Of a DNA stretch of 64,000 bases, positions 7,006 through 16,704 are shown piece after piece. Origin of the DNA: a virus; IMG/VR virus record IMGVR_UViG_3300025127_000020, positions 1 to 64,000 of that record; one strand, given 5' to 3'. A program made the position numbers and the translations under genes. Numbering within the stretch: the first letter of the stretch is position 1; each line of letters begins with the position of its first letter. A model generated the notes under the pieces. The model saw only the letters and a list, made by a program, of their open reading frames with translations, did not search any database and was not told the origin of the DNA.

Positions 7006-7828
7006 TTGATTCCACCTCTCTAACAAGCTCTTGAATTTGCATAATCTTCTTAATAGCTCTTTCATCTAACTTAGTCTTTTTGAGGCTGTCGAGAAAATTT
7101 AAAACTTCTTTCGTTTTTTCTACCATCTGTTGATCAGAATTAACTTCTTCAAGTTGTAAAGAGTTTTCAACTCTATTACGAAGTCTCTCAATCTCTTCAT
7201 TTAGATATGTCTTTAAAGAGACACCATTGTCAGAAACTGAAAAAATGTAACGAGAAACAACCTTTTGCTGCTCTTCGTGTAGTTTTCCAGCGTAAGTCTT
7301 ATTGAACTTGTTTGTGAAAGTCTTGTAAGCAATCGAATCAATGTGTTCCATGATTTCTTTTTCAGACTTTAACTCTGCACGAGTCATTTCCTCAATAATC
7401 TTATCTTCTAAAAGAATTTTTTCTGTAGCTGGAACATTGTCTGAAAACAACTGCGCAATGGTAGCCATGGTTTTGTAGTTTGGAACAAAATTGTTGTAAA
7501 CACCCTGACCTAATTCTATATTTATTTTTTTAATTAATCTAGATTGTTCAGAGAAAACCTTTTGTTTGCTAATCTTATCTCTGTCCCTTCTAATTTCTGA
7601 TAAAATTCTTCTTGCAAATTTTTCTTCTGCTTCCTTGAGATTTACAATCGTCTTGTAAGTTTGAAGATCTTTGTAAAGAATTCCTCTTTTTTGAAAGTGG
7701 CGCTTAATGATGCTAGCAATTTTTACTTGCCTGTCTTGATCTCCCGCCACAACAGACTTTGCCATCTCTTTAATAAGTGCCTCGAACAAGAAGGCAGTGT
7801 TTCTTTTTTTATTGTGCTTAAACTTCAT
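6998..7828 (-). CDS. Helical protein next to the portal (head assembly, function unknown)
   Basis: 276-aa alpha-helical ORF (MKFKHNKKRNTAFLFEAL...) overlapping the portal stop. Confidence 0.65.
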   Translation of the reverse strand: MKFKHNKKRNTAFLFEALIKEMAKSVVAGDQDRQVKIASIIKRHFQKRGILYKDLQTYKTIVNLKEAEEKFARRILSEIRRDRDKISKQKVFSEQSRLIKKINIELGQGVYNNFVPNYKTMATIAQLFSDNVPATEKILLEDKIIEEMTRAELKSEKEIMEHIDSIAYKTFTNKFNKTYAGKLHEEQQKVVSRYIFSVSDNGVSLKTYLNEEIERLRNRVENSLQLEEVNSDQQMVEKTKEVLNFLDSLKKTKLDERAIKKIMQIQELVREVESNE

Positions 7829-9758
7829 TGGTTTTCTGTTCCTTTAATTGCTTATTATTCTTCTTTTCGAGGTTCTTAACAAGCGCTTTGACTTCCCAGT
7901 CAGTTAGCTCTTGATTTACCTCAAGAAGCAATTTTTCCTCTTTGTCTGTGTAAGTAGTTTCATTACCTTCGTAAATGCCACGAGAAAGTGTCTTCAGGTC
8001 AGACAATCCAGGCATTGTGTTTCTTGGAGTAAAAGATGCTGTTTCATCTGACCACTTAGACTTAATAGAACGCTTGCGAGCACCCTGCGATCTAGAATCT
8101 ACTTTTTCTGGGTGATAAACCTTGCCTTTGGAACCTGGAGTTAAATAAGCGTCTCTCTTACCTGGGGCTGCAAGCAGTGCTGAATCTGGGTCATCGCCGC
8201 CTTCGTCTCCGCCAAGATCATCACCACCGAGGTCATCACCACCGAGATCATCGCCGCCGAGGTCGTCTCCGCCAAGATCTCCTCCTCCGCCACCGCCTTC
8301 AGGTGGCGCTTCGCCTGCTGCCTCAATAGCTGCGGTAAGTTTAGAGTCGTGAAATAATTCTCTTTCAATTCTAATAACCTCTTCTTCTGTCATCTTGAAA
8401 ATGTTTCTATAAACCCAAGCCTTAGAAAAATAACCTTCAGTTGCAGCATCGGCAATTTCAAATTTTGCCCTTAGATGCTCAAGTTCTTGCATAGCTGCAA
8501 TCTGCGAAGGATTACTTAAAGTTAATTTAAACTTTGTCAGATCTTCTCCCCTGTATCCAAGAGTGTAAAGGTGAATAATTCCTACTTTTTCTAACTCTGC
8601 CACAACTGCTCTCTGAAGTCTCTGGATTGTTCTTGCAAACCTGATGTCTTTTTGAGCCAACGTTGCTTTGTCTTCATCAGCACCTTCCGCTCTAGAGAGA
8701 TAAGACTGAGGAATCTTTAATGCTGCAAACAATTTATCTCTTAAATATTTTACATCGTCGATGTCACCAGTGTAGGTTCCACCTGGGAGTGTGTCGATTC
8801 TTGTGTTTTCGCCACCTCGGATAGGAATAAAATAATCTTCGTCCACAGACAAGGGGTTGTATCTTAAATCAACTCTGCCAGTAGTTTGGTCAATAACTTG
8901 ATTTTTCTTCATCGTTGTTACAACCTTTTGCATGTATTGCTCTACATCCTGTGGAGCTATATTGCCCACATCAACATAGAACGCTCTTCTTTCTGGAGAT
9001 CTTGTTATTCTGTAGCTCATCATAGCGTCTTCTATGAGATGAAGTTGACGCCAAATTCTTCTTGCTGGTTCTAAAATAGATGTCCCGTAAGGTGCATGTT
9101 TATCATTTCCCAAAATTCTAAAGTGTGCAACTTGCCAATTCTCGAAAGTTAAACCAGCAGAGTTCCACTGATATTGAACATAGTTTGGATTTGTCGGATC
9201 TTCACCTTCTAACCTTTCTACTTCTTGCGGAGGCAAAGGAATAAAAGATTTTACGCCAATCTTGTCGTCTAAATCTACATAAAGAAAGTAATCACCATAT
9301 TTGCACATGGTTCTACACCATCCATAGAGATTGAAATCGATGTTTAAAACATTATAGTAAAGTGACTCTAAAGTTGATTTTATTTCTTGGTTTGGGCACT
9401 CAATAGAAAGAATACTAGCCATTTCACTGTGATAGGTCATTTCATCTGCATAAATATCTAGTGAAGATGCAATTATTGGCTCGAACTCCATTTGATCAAA
9501 ATCTATATACCTTTCTCCTCGTAGTCGATTTGCAATAGAATTACTGTTAATTTGTTCAAATGGGTTATATTGGCTTTTTTGAAATTGCTTTCCCGATGCA
9601 GAAGTGAATCTAGTGGCGTAATTATCTAACGCTTGTTTTTTAAATTTTCTTCTGTTTTGCTGCCGTCGATTAACTATCGGTCCAGAGAAAAGCCTTGTTA
9701 ACCTCTTGAAGAGAATTGATTCTTCGTTCTTTATGTTCTGCTTGTTATCTTCTGCCAT
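7818..9758 (-). CDS. Portal protein (T4 gp20-like)
   Basis: IEDAMMSYRITRSPERRAFYVDVGN, EDYFIP.RG, IDTLPGG and IDDVKYLRDKLFAALKIP motifs; adjacent to the terminase. Confidence 0.95.
   Translation of the reverse strand: MAEDNKQNIKNEESILFKRLTRLFSGPIVNRRQQNRRKFKKQALDNYATRFTSASGKQFQKSQYNPFEQINSNSIANRLRGERYIDFDQMEFEPIIASSLDIYADEMTYHSEMASILSIECPNQEIKSTLESLYYNVLNIDFNLYGWCRTMCKYGDYFLYVDLDDKIGVKSFIPLPPQEVERLEGEDPTNPNYVQYQWNSAGLTFENWQVAHFRILGNDKHAPYGTSILEPARRIWRQLHLIEDAMMSYRITRSPERRAFYVDVGNIAPQDVEQYMQKVVTTMKKNQVIDQTTGRVDLRYNPLSVDEDYFIPIRGGENTRIDTLPGGTYTGDIDDVKYLRDKLFAALKIPQSYLSRAEGADEDKATLAQKDIRFARTIQRLQRAVVAELEKVGIIHLYTLGYRGEDLTKFKLTLSNPSQIAAMQELEHLRAKFEIADAATEGYFSKAWVYRNIFKMTEEEVIRIERELFHDSKLTAAIEAAGEAPPEGGGGGGDLGGDDLGGDDLGGDDLGGDDLGGDEGGDDPDSALLAAPGKRDAYLTPGSKGKVYHPEKVDSRSQGARKRSIKSKWSDETASFTPRNTMPGLSDLKTLSRGIYEGNETTYTDKEEKLLLEVNQELTDWEVKALVKNLEKKNNKQLKEQKTNEV
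8189..8297 (-). repeat. 15-nt tandem coding repeat (GGDDL)n in the portal C-terminal tail
   Basis: Protein GGGGGGDLGGDDLGGDDLGGDDLGGDDLGGDEGGDD, with synonymous variation between units. Confidence 0.85.
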
Positions 9759-9763
9759 CTATT

Positions 9764-11341
9764 TTACCCCTTAAAAAGACCAGGGAAGTTGGTCATTATT
9801 TCTTTCATCTGTTGAACACCGTTTGGTTTTCCATAGTTTACCATACCTGGAATGCTCGTGTTAAGAGTGGTTCTTGAAGTAGTCATCGCTCCAAGTAAAG
9901 CCTTTTTATAGTCAGCGTCTCTTTGATTTGAGACCAACGCTGTATCTCTTACCCAACAAGCAATAGCCATCGACATTACAAGGTCATCGTTGTAACCTCG
10001 CATTGCTTCAGGCTTTCCATTGTTCCACACAAAAGTCTTTAGTTCGTTATAAAGACGATTTGATGTGATAGTAATTAGATCATTTCTTATAAATTCTTCC
10101 AACTTGGCAATAATAAGAGGTCTTGTTTTCATCGAAGTAGTAAAGCCAAGGACAGCCCTACTGTTGGAACGTGCTGCTGAAGAGTCTACATATTCGTGAG
10201 TAGCCTTAACAGAATAATAAATGTTTGGGTAACCCGCTTCTTCCAATTTAGTCAAAACTGCGTAACCAACGTTGTTATTTTCCACTACAAGCAAACAACC
10301 ACCGTAAGTCTTTCCTACATCGGCTAAAAACATAGCGTAGGTGTCTAAATCCACTTTGCCTTGATATTCTGCTGCCTGCGTCATCTGAGTTACATTTATA
10401 ACTTGAAATGCCGAATAGTCTTTACCATCTCCTCGTGCAACGTCTGCTACGAGCAAATAAGATTGTGTTGGGTCGAAGTCTTCCCAGATGTAATAGTTTC
10501 TATCAAACCCCGCTTTGTGTTCTGGATTGCAAACTGTCTTGGACATCTTCTCGATGTCTGCCGTGTTGATGACGGTTTCGCCCGACATATTAAAATTACA
10601 TTCAAGCTCTTGTGCGATTTGTCTTCGGGACATGTTTCTTGTCTCTTTGTCAAACCAAGCGTCGTCCCTGTCTGGGTGGACTTGCCACGGAAGACAAGTG
10701 TGCTTGAAGTCGTTGTTACCTTCTTCGGCATCAACATAAGTTTGGTGAAACCAGTTTCCGACGCCATTGGGTGTTGAGAGAGCGATGCAGCGACCACCAG
10801 TTGATAGTGTAGGATAAAGACCAGTCCACAACTCGTCAAGACCTTCAACGTGCGCTGCCTCGTCAATAACCAAAAGGGATAATGCTTCTGAACGACCAGC
10901 GTCTGATGAAGTAGAAGTTGCTTTGATTTGTGAACCGTTAGACAACTCAAATGAAGTTCTATTGTCAACCGAAATGTTTGCGATTCGCATCCAGTCTGGA
11001 ACATTTCTCATTATGTTCTTTACCTTCTTTACCAAGTTTGCCGCTGTGCCGAACTTCGTAGCCATAACAAGAACATTTTTATCTTTGTGAAAAAGCATCA
11101 TCCAAACAACATAGCCTGCTGTTACAGTTGAGATGCCTAACTGACGTGCTTTTAGAATGATGTTAAAGCGATGGTCGTTGAAGTCTCGGAGTAAGTCGTC
11201 CTGAAAGTCGTAAGTCCTAAATGGGATAGACCCGTGCATTGGGTGAGAAATCTTTGCATAGTTATTTAGGAAATAAACTGGGTCTTTGCCGCATTGAACG
11301 ATTTCTGATAAAATCTTTTTCTTGGTGAGTTGGTAGGTCAT
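9764..11341 (-). CDS. terL: Terminase large subunit (T4 gp17-like)
   Basis: Walker A KARQLGIS, Walker B LLVIDEAAH, LSTPNG coupling motif, RNase H-like DVARG and DDLVMS. Confidence 0.95.
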   Translation of the reverse strand: MTYQLTKKKILSEIVQCGKDPVYFLNNYAKISHPMHGSIPFRTYDFQDDLLRDFNDHRFNIILKARQLGISTVTAGYVVWMMLFHKDKNVLVMATKFGTAANLVKKVKNIMRNVPDWMRIANISVDNRTSFELSNGSQIKATSTSSDAGRSEALSLLVIDEAAHVEGLDELWTGLYPTLSTGGRCIALSTPNGVGNWFHQTYVDAEEGNNDFKHTCLPWQVHPDRDDAWFDKETRNMSRRQIAQELECNFNMSGETVINTADIEKMSKTVCNPEHKAGFDRNYYIWEDFDPTQSYLLVADVARGDGKDYSAFQVINVTQMTQAAEYQGKVDLDTYAMFLADVGKTYGGCLLVVENNNVGYAVLTKLEEAGYPNIYYSVKATHEYVDSSAARSNSRAVLGFTTSMKTRPLIIAKLEEFIRNDLITITSNRLYNELKTFVWNNGKPEAMRGYNDDLVMSMAIACWVRDTALVSNQRDADYKKALLGAMTTSRTTLNTSIPGMVNYGKPNGVQQMKEIMTNFPGLFKG

Positions 11342-11349
11342 TTATAAAC

Positions 11350-11559
11350 CTATTCTTGGCTTTCTAGTTCTCTTAGTGCCTTGGTGAGTGCCTCTGCGAT
11401 TTGCTCCTTTGAGAGTTCGTAATCACGAGTAGCTGTCTGGACAAGGTTCTTGAGGTCATTATCAAGATACTTTTCAAAAAGTGCTTCAACATTCTCGTTC
11501 TTGAAAAGCTGAACTTCTTCTTGAATGATTTCTTTCAGTCTTGCTTTTGAAATCTTCAT
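11350..11559 (-). CDS. Small hypothetical protein
   Basis: TAATG-coupled to the upstream gene; N-terminus MKISKARLKEIIQEEV. Confidence 0.65.
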   Translation of the reverse strand: MKISKARLKEIIQEEVQLFKNENVEALFEKYLDNDLKNLVQTATRDYELSKEQIAEALTKALRELESQE

Positions 11560-12092
11560 TATCCGTCCTTCCTTTTGTCGTTAGGTGCCTTGCCCTTTCT
11601 GCCGAGTTCCAACCATTTCTTGATTGCGTCGTCAACATTGTCAACGGAAGGTTCGCCAACTGCAACAACTGCCTCACCGAGTCCACCAATCTTATAAGGC
11701 TTAGAAGCCTGCACCCAGCACCTGTGAGCACCAACTGTCTGAACAATAGCATCTACGTCAGCATCGGAAGAAAGTGTAAGTGCTGAGCCTGTGACCTTCT
11801 TATATTCTTTTTTAAGGAATGAAGAGATGTCAGACATCATCTGTTCTAAATCACTTTCAAAGCCTTTATCTTTTGCTTCTTTCATTGTGACTTCACCGTG
11901 ATACTTGATCACGAGAGAGTCGCCAGACATTTGAACCTTGAAACCATCCATCACACGCTTGTCTGTGATTGCTACGTCTTCTTCTCTTTTCAAACCAATT
12001 TTGATTGGTTCGCCATTTTCGTCTACTGCGCCGTCGTAAGTGTTTGCCATTACTTGTGAAATGCCTCTTACGATTTCTAAAACATCAGCCAT
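11559..12092 (-). CDS. Hypothetical protein (start revised to ATG 12092)
   Basis: SD GAGGAG before MADVLEIVRGISQ; tiles with its neighbours. Confidence 0.65.
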   Translation of the reverse strand: MADVLEIVRGISQVMANTYDGAVDENGEPIKIGLKREEDVAITDKRVMDGFKVQMSGDSLVIKYHGEVTMKEAKDKGFESDLEQMMSDISSFLKKEYKKVTGSALTLSSDADVDAIVQTVGAHRCWVQASKPYKIGGLGEAVVAVGEPSVDNVDDAIKKWLELGRKGKAPNDKRKDG

Positions 12093-12486
12093 TTTTATTC
12101 TCCTCGTTTGGACGCCATCCAGACTTCCATCGGTCTTCTCGACCTTCAACAAATTCTATGTAACAAGACCAGCAACACTGAAACTTATTCATGTATAAGT
12201 CGTCTCGCTTGTCGAATGAGTAAGTAGAACAAACAGGACAAGTCCTACTACTCTCTTTTTTAAGTAGTTTCTTTGAGACAAAAACACCTTCCGCAACTTC
12301 TACTTTCTCCTGCTTAGCTTCATTCTCTTTTTTCTTCAAAGCTGCTTTCTTTAATTTTTCAAGATGCATCTCTTCTTGTTCATCAGACCAACCTTCGGCA
12401 GGTGATTTAATCGCCTCTTCCCCATATTTTTCTTTTATCTTTTGCTCAATCTTTGCTATAAGATTCCAATCTTTCTTTTCACTCAT
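12085..12486 (-). CDS. Zn-finger-like hypothetical protein (start revised to ATG 12486)
   Basis: CPVC...CCWSC cysteine cluster; ATGA overlap with the upstream stop. Confidence 0.65.
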   Translation of the reverse strand: MSEKKDWNLIAKIEQKIKEKYGEEAIKSPAEGWSDEQEEMHLEKLKKAALKKKENEAKQEKVEVAEGVFVSKKLLKKESSRTCPVCSTYSFDKRDDLYMNKFQCCWSCYIEFVEGREDRWKSGWRPNEENKNG

Positions 12487-12914
12487 CTGTTCACCGCATA
12501 AGTGATTCCAACTGTAGTAATCACTCCCAAAATGAAAGAAGAAATAGCGACGACTGGGGTAAACCAAGATGCATCTCTTTCATGGATAACTTCTTCTAAG
12601 GCTTTGATTCTTTTATTCTTTACATCAACAAATTGAGTTAGCCCATCAATCTCTGCTCTTAAAATAGAAACATCTTTGCTATGAGAAAGTGCCATTGCTT
12701 CTAGGTCTAGCTTACACTTGTTTTCACAAAGATCAATCTTCAAATTTAAATCTGACTCAATCTTTGAAAGAGAATCTTTTGTCAACAATATTCCAGTGAA
12801 TGGTGCTTTCTGACCCTTCTTGACTCCAGTTATTCTAAAATCGCCCTCTTGAGCAATAGACGTGATTGGGGCTACAAACATAGCTATAGACATCAAAATA
12901 GATAGTAGTTTCAA
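12483..12914 (-). CDS. Exported coiled-coil protein with C-terminal TM helix (spanin-like candidate)
   Basis: Signal peptide MKLLSILMSIAMFVAPITSIA|Q, central coiled coil, hydrophobic C-terminus VVAISSFILGVITTVGITYAV. Confidence 0.5.
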   Translation of the reverse strand: MKLLSILMSIAMFVAPITSIAQEGDFRITGVKKGQKAPFTGILLTKDSLSKIESDLNLKIDLCENKCKLDLEAMALSHSKDVSILRAEIDGLTQFVDVKNKRIKALEEVIHERDASWFTPVVAISSFILGVITTVGITYAVNR

Positions 12915-12915
12915 A

Positions 12916-13281
12916 TTACACCTTCTTTAATCCAAATCTTTTAGCAAAATCATCTGCTACTTCTTCGACGGGTTTATCTTTATTTTCTTCAATAGCTTTT
13001 TTAAGCTCTACCCTATTCTTCTTCTCGATTTGTTTTTCTTTTAGTTTATATTTTTCTTGAAGAACTTGCAAGCCTTTTTTATAATCTTCTAAGATTTTTT
13101 TCTCTTTAGCTCTCGTCTCTTCAAGAATTCTAAGCTGCGTTTCATAGTCTTCCCTCTGAGCCTTCATCATTTCCCTCAAAGATGCTTTGCCGTTATTTCC
13201 TGCAAAGTAACTAAGAACTACTAGAATAGCTCCGAATGGTAACCACCAGTTTGCTTTGAGCCATAGCCAAGCCTTGTGCAT
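12916..13281 (-). CDS. i-spanin-like protein (N-terminal TM plus coiled coil)
   Basis: WWLPFGAILVVLSYFA TM segment followed by a K/E-rich coiled coil; follows a holin-like gene. Confidence 0.5.
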   Translation of the reverse strand: MHKAWLWLKANWWLPFGAILVVLSYFAGNNGKASLREMMKAQREDYETQLRILEETRAKEKKILEDYKKGLQVLQEKYKLKEKQIEKKNRVELKKAIEENKDKPVEEVADDFAKRFGLKKV

Positions 13282-13472
13282 TATCCTCTAAGACCTTTCA
13301 CTAAGTCAACAGCAGCCTGTGAGCCGATGTAAACCATTGTCAAAGATGTCCAGTCCGATGAAGAAAGAACTCCGTAAAGTGCAAGACCCGAAGCTGCGAT
13401 CCATGCAAGGAACTTGCGAGAAATAAATCTCTCAACGTGCTTATCAGCGAATGCTTTAATCTGTGTCATCAT
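13281..13472 (-). CDS. Holin-like small two-TM protein
   Basis: 63 aa, SRKF followed by two hydrophobic helices; late-type motif and SD GGAGG upstream. Confidence 0.55.
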   Translation of the reverse strand: MMTQIKAFADKHVERFISRKFLAWIAASGLALYGVLSSSDWTSLTMVYIGSQAAVDLVKGLRG

Positions 13473-13501
13473 TTTATCCTCCAGTGGCTTTTGCCATTAG
13501 A

Positions 13502-13509
13502 GTAAATAG
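13502..13509 (-). promoter_or_regulatory. Putative late promoter CTATTTAC
   Basis: 29 nt upstream of the holin-like gene; heads the lysis and head genes. Confidence 0.65.
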
Positions 13510-16500
13510 TTACTGATTAACAAAAGCGAACTTATCCTTCTTTTCAATAGAGATTTGTAAATCTACTGAATCTTTCAAGCTGTCCAAGTGTGAGATAAGA
13601 ATCACGTTCTTGAAGTGAGACTTTACCAAGTCTAAGATGCGAATGAAACCTTCCATGTTCTCTTCGTCCAAAGCTGTCCCTGGTTCATCCAAGATAAAAA
13701 TATCTCCGATAGGAAGCGATGACACATTAATAAATGCAAGTCTTATAGCCATTGCAGCAATAGCCTTCTCAGCCCCAGAACCCATCTCTAAGGGGCGTGC
13801 ATCAAACTTTGGATGTTTGATAAGGACGTTAAGTCGTCTTTCATCGTTTTCTAAGAAAACTTCAAAGTTTACGACATTGGCAAGAATCTTGGCTATCTCA
13901 TCATTGATGACTGGAAGCTCTTTCTTGATAATGTCAAGAGACACTCCATTAGACCCCATAGCCTTTTTATAGAGATCATAGGCAGAATAATCTTTCTGTG
14001 CCTTCTGAAGTTCAAACTCATCTTGCTCTATTTCACGAAGAGTAGATTCCCAGTTACCTTGAGTTTTACTCAACTCTATCATCTCCTTTTCACAAGTGGA
14101 GAGCTTGTCTTTTAATTTCTTTTTTTCTAAAACGCTTTCGTTTCTTATTCTTGTCAGTTTTGCAAATTCAGTTATTACTTTTTCGTTCTCCTCAAACAAT
14201 CGAATCTTTTGCTCAGACTCATTTTTTGAATCACGAAGACGAACAATAGTTGTTTTATTCTTAGCTACTTCAAGTTCATGCTTATTAACTTCCTCTTGTT
14301 TTGCTTTTCTTTTGCTAAGCACCTGATCATACTGATCCAAATAGTCTTGAACTTTTTGTGGCTCTAAAGAATTTAAGTTATCAGATGCCGATGTGATATC
14401 ATTCTGTTTTTTCTTTCTTTCCTTCTCAAGCTGCTCTACTTTAGCAACACTTTGATGTGCAGAACTTATAAATTTACAAGAAGGAAATTTGTCACCACAA
14501 GGAACTTGTTCTAATAAAAAAAGTTTTTTATTCGCTCTTTCAATTTCGTCTCTGATTTGACAAGTCTCTTGATTTATGATATCAATCTGTGTCTCTAACT
14601 CTGCGATCTGAATGCTTTTATCATTCCAAGTTTCATAATTAAAAGACTTCATAAATTCATCAATTTTTACTATTACATCTTCGTTGGCGAGAATTATTTT
14701 CTCTAGCGTTGCATTTCTTGTTCTGATAGTTTCTAATTGTGTCTCTTTGTCTTTAATGTTAAATTGTTCAAACTCAATGTCTACAACAGTTTGCACTGGT
14801 GTTGATTCTAACTTTGCCTCTATCTTTGCCATTTCAAGAGAAATCTTTTCAATCTCTTTGCCTATGTTCTTACAATTTATTTCTTGCTCTCGAAGATTTG
14901 CAGTAGCTAATTCAATCTCAGAGAGGGCTTCAGCTTTTCTGAAATCGTTATCTATTGGTCCGCATTTTTCGACAAGATACTTAATCTTGCCATCTAGATC
15001 ACTAGACTCCTCTTTTGCGATCTTAAATTTAGCATCAAATATTTCAAGATCAAGAAACTTAGCAAGAATTTCTTTTCTCTTAGTAGAGCCCTCTGCAATA
15101 AAAGCAAGAGACTCCAGTTGAGATGACAGAGATGTCATCAAGAAATCATCAATAGAACCGAAGAACTTTCTAATGTTTTCATCTGTTTGTGAGCGAGTCT
15201 CTCCATTGAGAGGTGAAGTCTCTTGTGTTGCCAAATCATAAACTGAAAATTCTACGTTAGTTTTTACTTCTTCGGTTTCCTCACCTTTAAGCCTTTTAAT
15301 ATATTTTTCTGCTCTGCGCTCGATAGTGTAATGTCGGTCATCTAGCTCAATGACAACTTTACCCCAGGCTTCCTGCTTGTTCTGATTTACGATGTCAAAA
15401 CTTTTTCTGTTTCGCTTTGATGTAGTGTTGAACATTACCCAAAGTAAACTATCGATAACTGAAGACTTTCCTGTAAAGTTCTTTCCGAAGATTCCGACAA
15501 TGCCTGCAAGTCCGTCAAAGTCAATCTTGTTGCCCTCTCCATAGTTGAAAAGATTGTCCCACTCCAAAGTCTTGATTGACCAACTGATGTTTCTATAGGT
15601 AGATCGTTCTTCGCTTTCAGCTTGAGCATTCACCCTTCTGTTTATCTCAAGAACCTCTTTGAGAACCGCTGCGTCGTCTTCCGTGTCTGACAAATAATCA
15701 TTTAGATACTCTTTTATCAAACGCTCTTGAACTGCCACATCTCGTAGGTTGAATTTTTCAAAGTCCTCTGCTAAGTTGACCTTGGCACGAGAACCTGTAG
15801 CTCTGTTCAAGAAAGTAACAGATTCAGGTCTGAACTTTGTCTTGGCAACGTCAATAGCTTTGCGAACCTTTTCCACTGGAATGGCATGGTTCGTTACGAT
15901 TCTGAGCCTGGCACCCTGTGGCGGGTTAGCGTTTCTTGGCAAGCGACCAGTCTTTGTAAGTTCCACTGTTACAAATGGTCTTGGATTCTTCAAGACGTGA
16001 TGACGAACATCGAAAGTGTCTTTGTCGTCAATGTCCCAAATCAAAAAACCTTTATCGTTAGTTTCGCCGTGATTCTGTTGAACAGTTGAACCACAATAAC
16101 GAACTCGACCTTCAGTGTCTAAAATCTGGTTTGTTTTATGAATGTCTCCAAGAAAAGCAAAGTCGTGACCCTCAAAGATTCCGACATCATCTTCACCATG
16201 GTCCATTACCCAGCCGATGTCTGTCTGAACTCCAGAGATCGCTCCATGATAAAGTGCTATGTTTATTGATGTCTCATTAGATGGAGAAACCCAATTATCT
16301 CTGTCAAAAACAGAGAGAACATTAAAAGTCAGACCCTTCTCTGGAGAAAACTCACCTGAGTTCTTCAAATAGTGAATAGTCTTTTTATCCAACGCATTGA
16401 TGATTGGTGTAAGAGCATCCTGCCTGCTACTATTCTTTAGATTGCCATCGTGATTGCCTGCGATAAGAACCAGGGGTGCAATGTCAGATAAATTATCAAA

Positions 16501-16695
16501 AAAGTTTGCAGCCATCTCAAAAAACTCTGGTGATAGCTGAGTCTTCGTGTGTGCAACATCTCCGCAGTGAACAATGTAGTCTGGTTTCTCCTCACGAAGA
16601 ATAGTATACATCTGTTCAAACACTGCACGATAGTCGTCGTGATACTTTAAGTTTCTAATGTGTGTGTCGCTTATGTGAGCAAGTCTAAAACCCAT
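13510..16695 (-). CDS. Fused SbcD-SbcC (Mre11-Rad50; T4 gp47-gp46-like) nuclease/ATPase
   Basis: N-terminal metallophosphoesterase motifs (SDTH, GD, GNHD, HG, GDIH); Walker A GKNFTGKSS; long coiled coil; Walker B ILDEP; ISH loop. Confidence 0.93.
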   Translation of the reverse strand: MGFRLAHISDTHIRNLKYHDDYRAVFEQMYTILREEKPDYIVHCGDVAHTKTQLSPEFFEMAANFFDNLSDIAPLVLIAGNHDGNLKNSSRQDALTPIINALDKKTIHYLKNSGEFSPEKGLTFNVLSVFDRDNWVSPSNETSINIALYHGAISGVQTDIGWVMDHGEDDVGIFEGHDFAFLGDIHKTNQILDTEGRVRYCGSTVQQNHGETNDKGFLIWDIDDKDTFDVRHHVLKNPRPFVTVELTKTGRLPRNANPPQGARLRIVTNHAIPVEKVRKAIDVAKTKFRPESVTFLNRATGSRAKVNLAEDFEKFNLRDVAVQERLIKEYLNDYLSDTEDDAAVLKEVLEINRRVNAQAESEERSTYRNISWSIKTLEWDNLFNYGEGNKIDFDGLAGIVGIFGKNFTGKSSVIDSLLWVMFNTTSKRNRKSFDIVNQNKQEAWGKVVIELDDRHYTIERRAEKYIKRLKGEETEEVKTNVEFSVYDLATQETSPLNGETRSQTDENIRKFFGSIDDFLMTSLSSQLESLAFIAEGSTKRKEILAKFLDLEIFDAKFKIAKEESSDLDGKIKYLVEKCGPIDNDFRKAEALSEIELATANLREQEINCKNIGKEIEKISLEMAKIEAKLESTPVQTVVDIEFEQFNIKDKETQLETIRTRNATLEKIILANEDVIVKIDEFMKSFNYETWNDKSIQIAELETQIDIINQETCQIRDEIERANKKLFLLEQVPCGDKFPSCKFISSAHQSVAKVEQLEKERKKKQNDITSASDNLNSLEPQKVQDYLDQYDQVLSKRKAKQEEVNKHELEVAKNKTTIVRLRDSKNESEQKIRLFEENEKVITEFAKLTRIRNESVLEKKKLKDKLSTCEKEMIELSKTQGNWESTLREIEQDEFELQKAQKDYSAYDLYKKAMGSNGVSLDIIKKELPVINDEIAKILANVVNFEVFLENDERRLNVLIKHPKFDARPLEMGSGAEKAIAAMAIRLAFINVSSLPIGDIFILDEPGTALDEENMEGFIRILDLVKSHFKNVILISHLDSLKDSVDLQISIEKKDKFAFVNQ

Positions 16696-16704
16696 TCATC
16701 TCTC

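Noticed and set aside
8189-8297. Tandem repeat as a CRISPR array or non-coding element
   Set aside because: In-frame 15-nt coding repeat with synonymous variation and no spacers.
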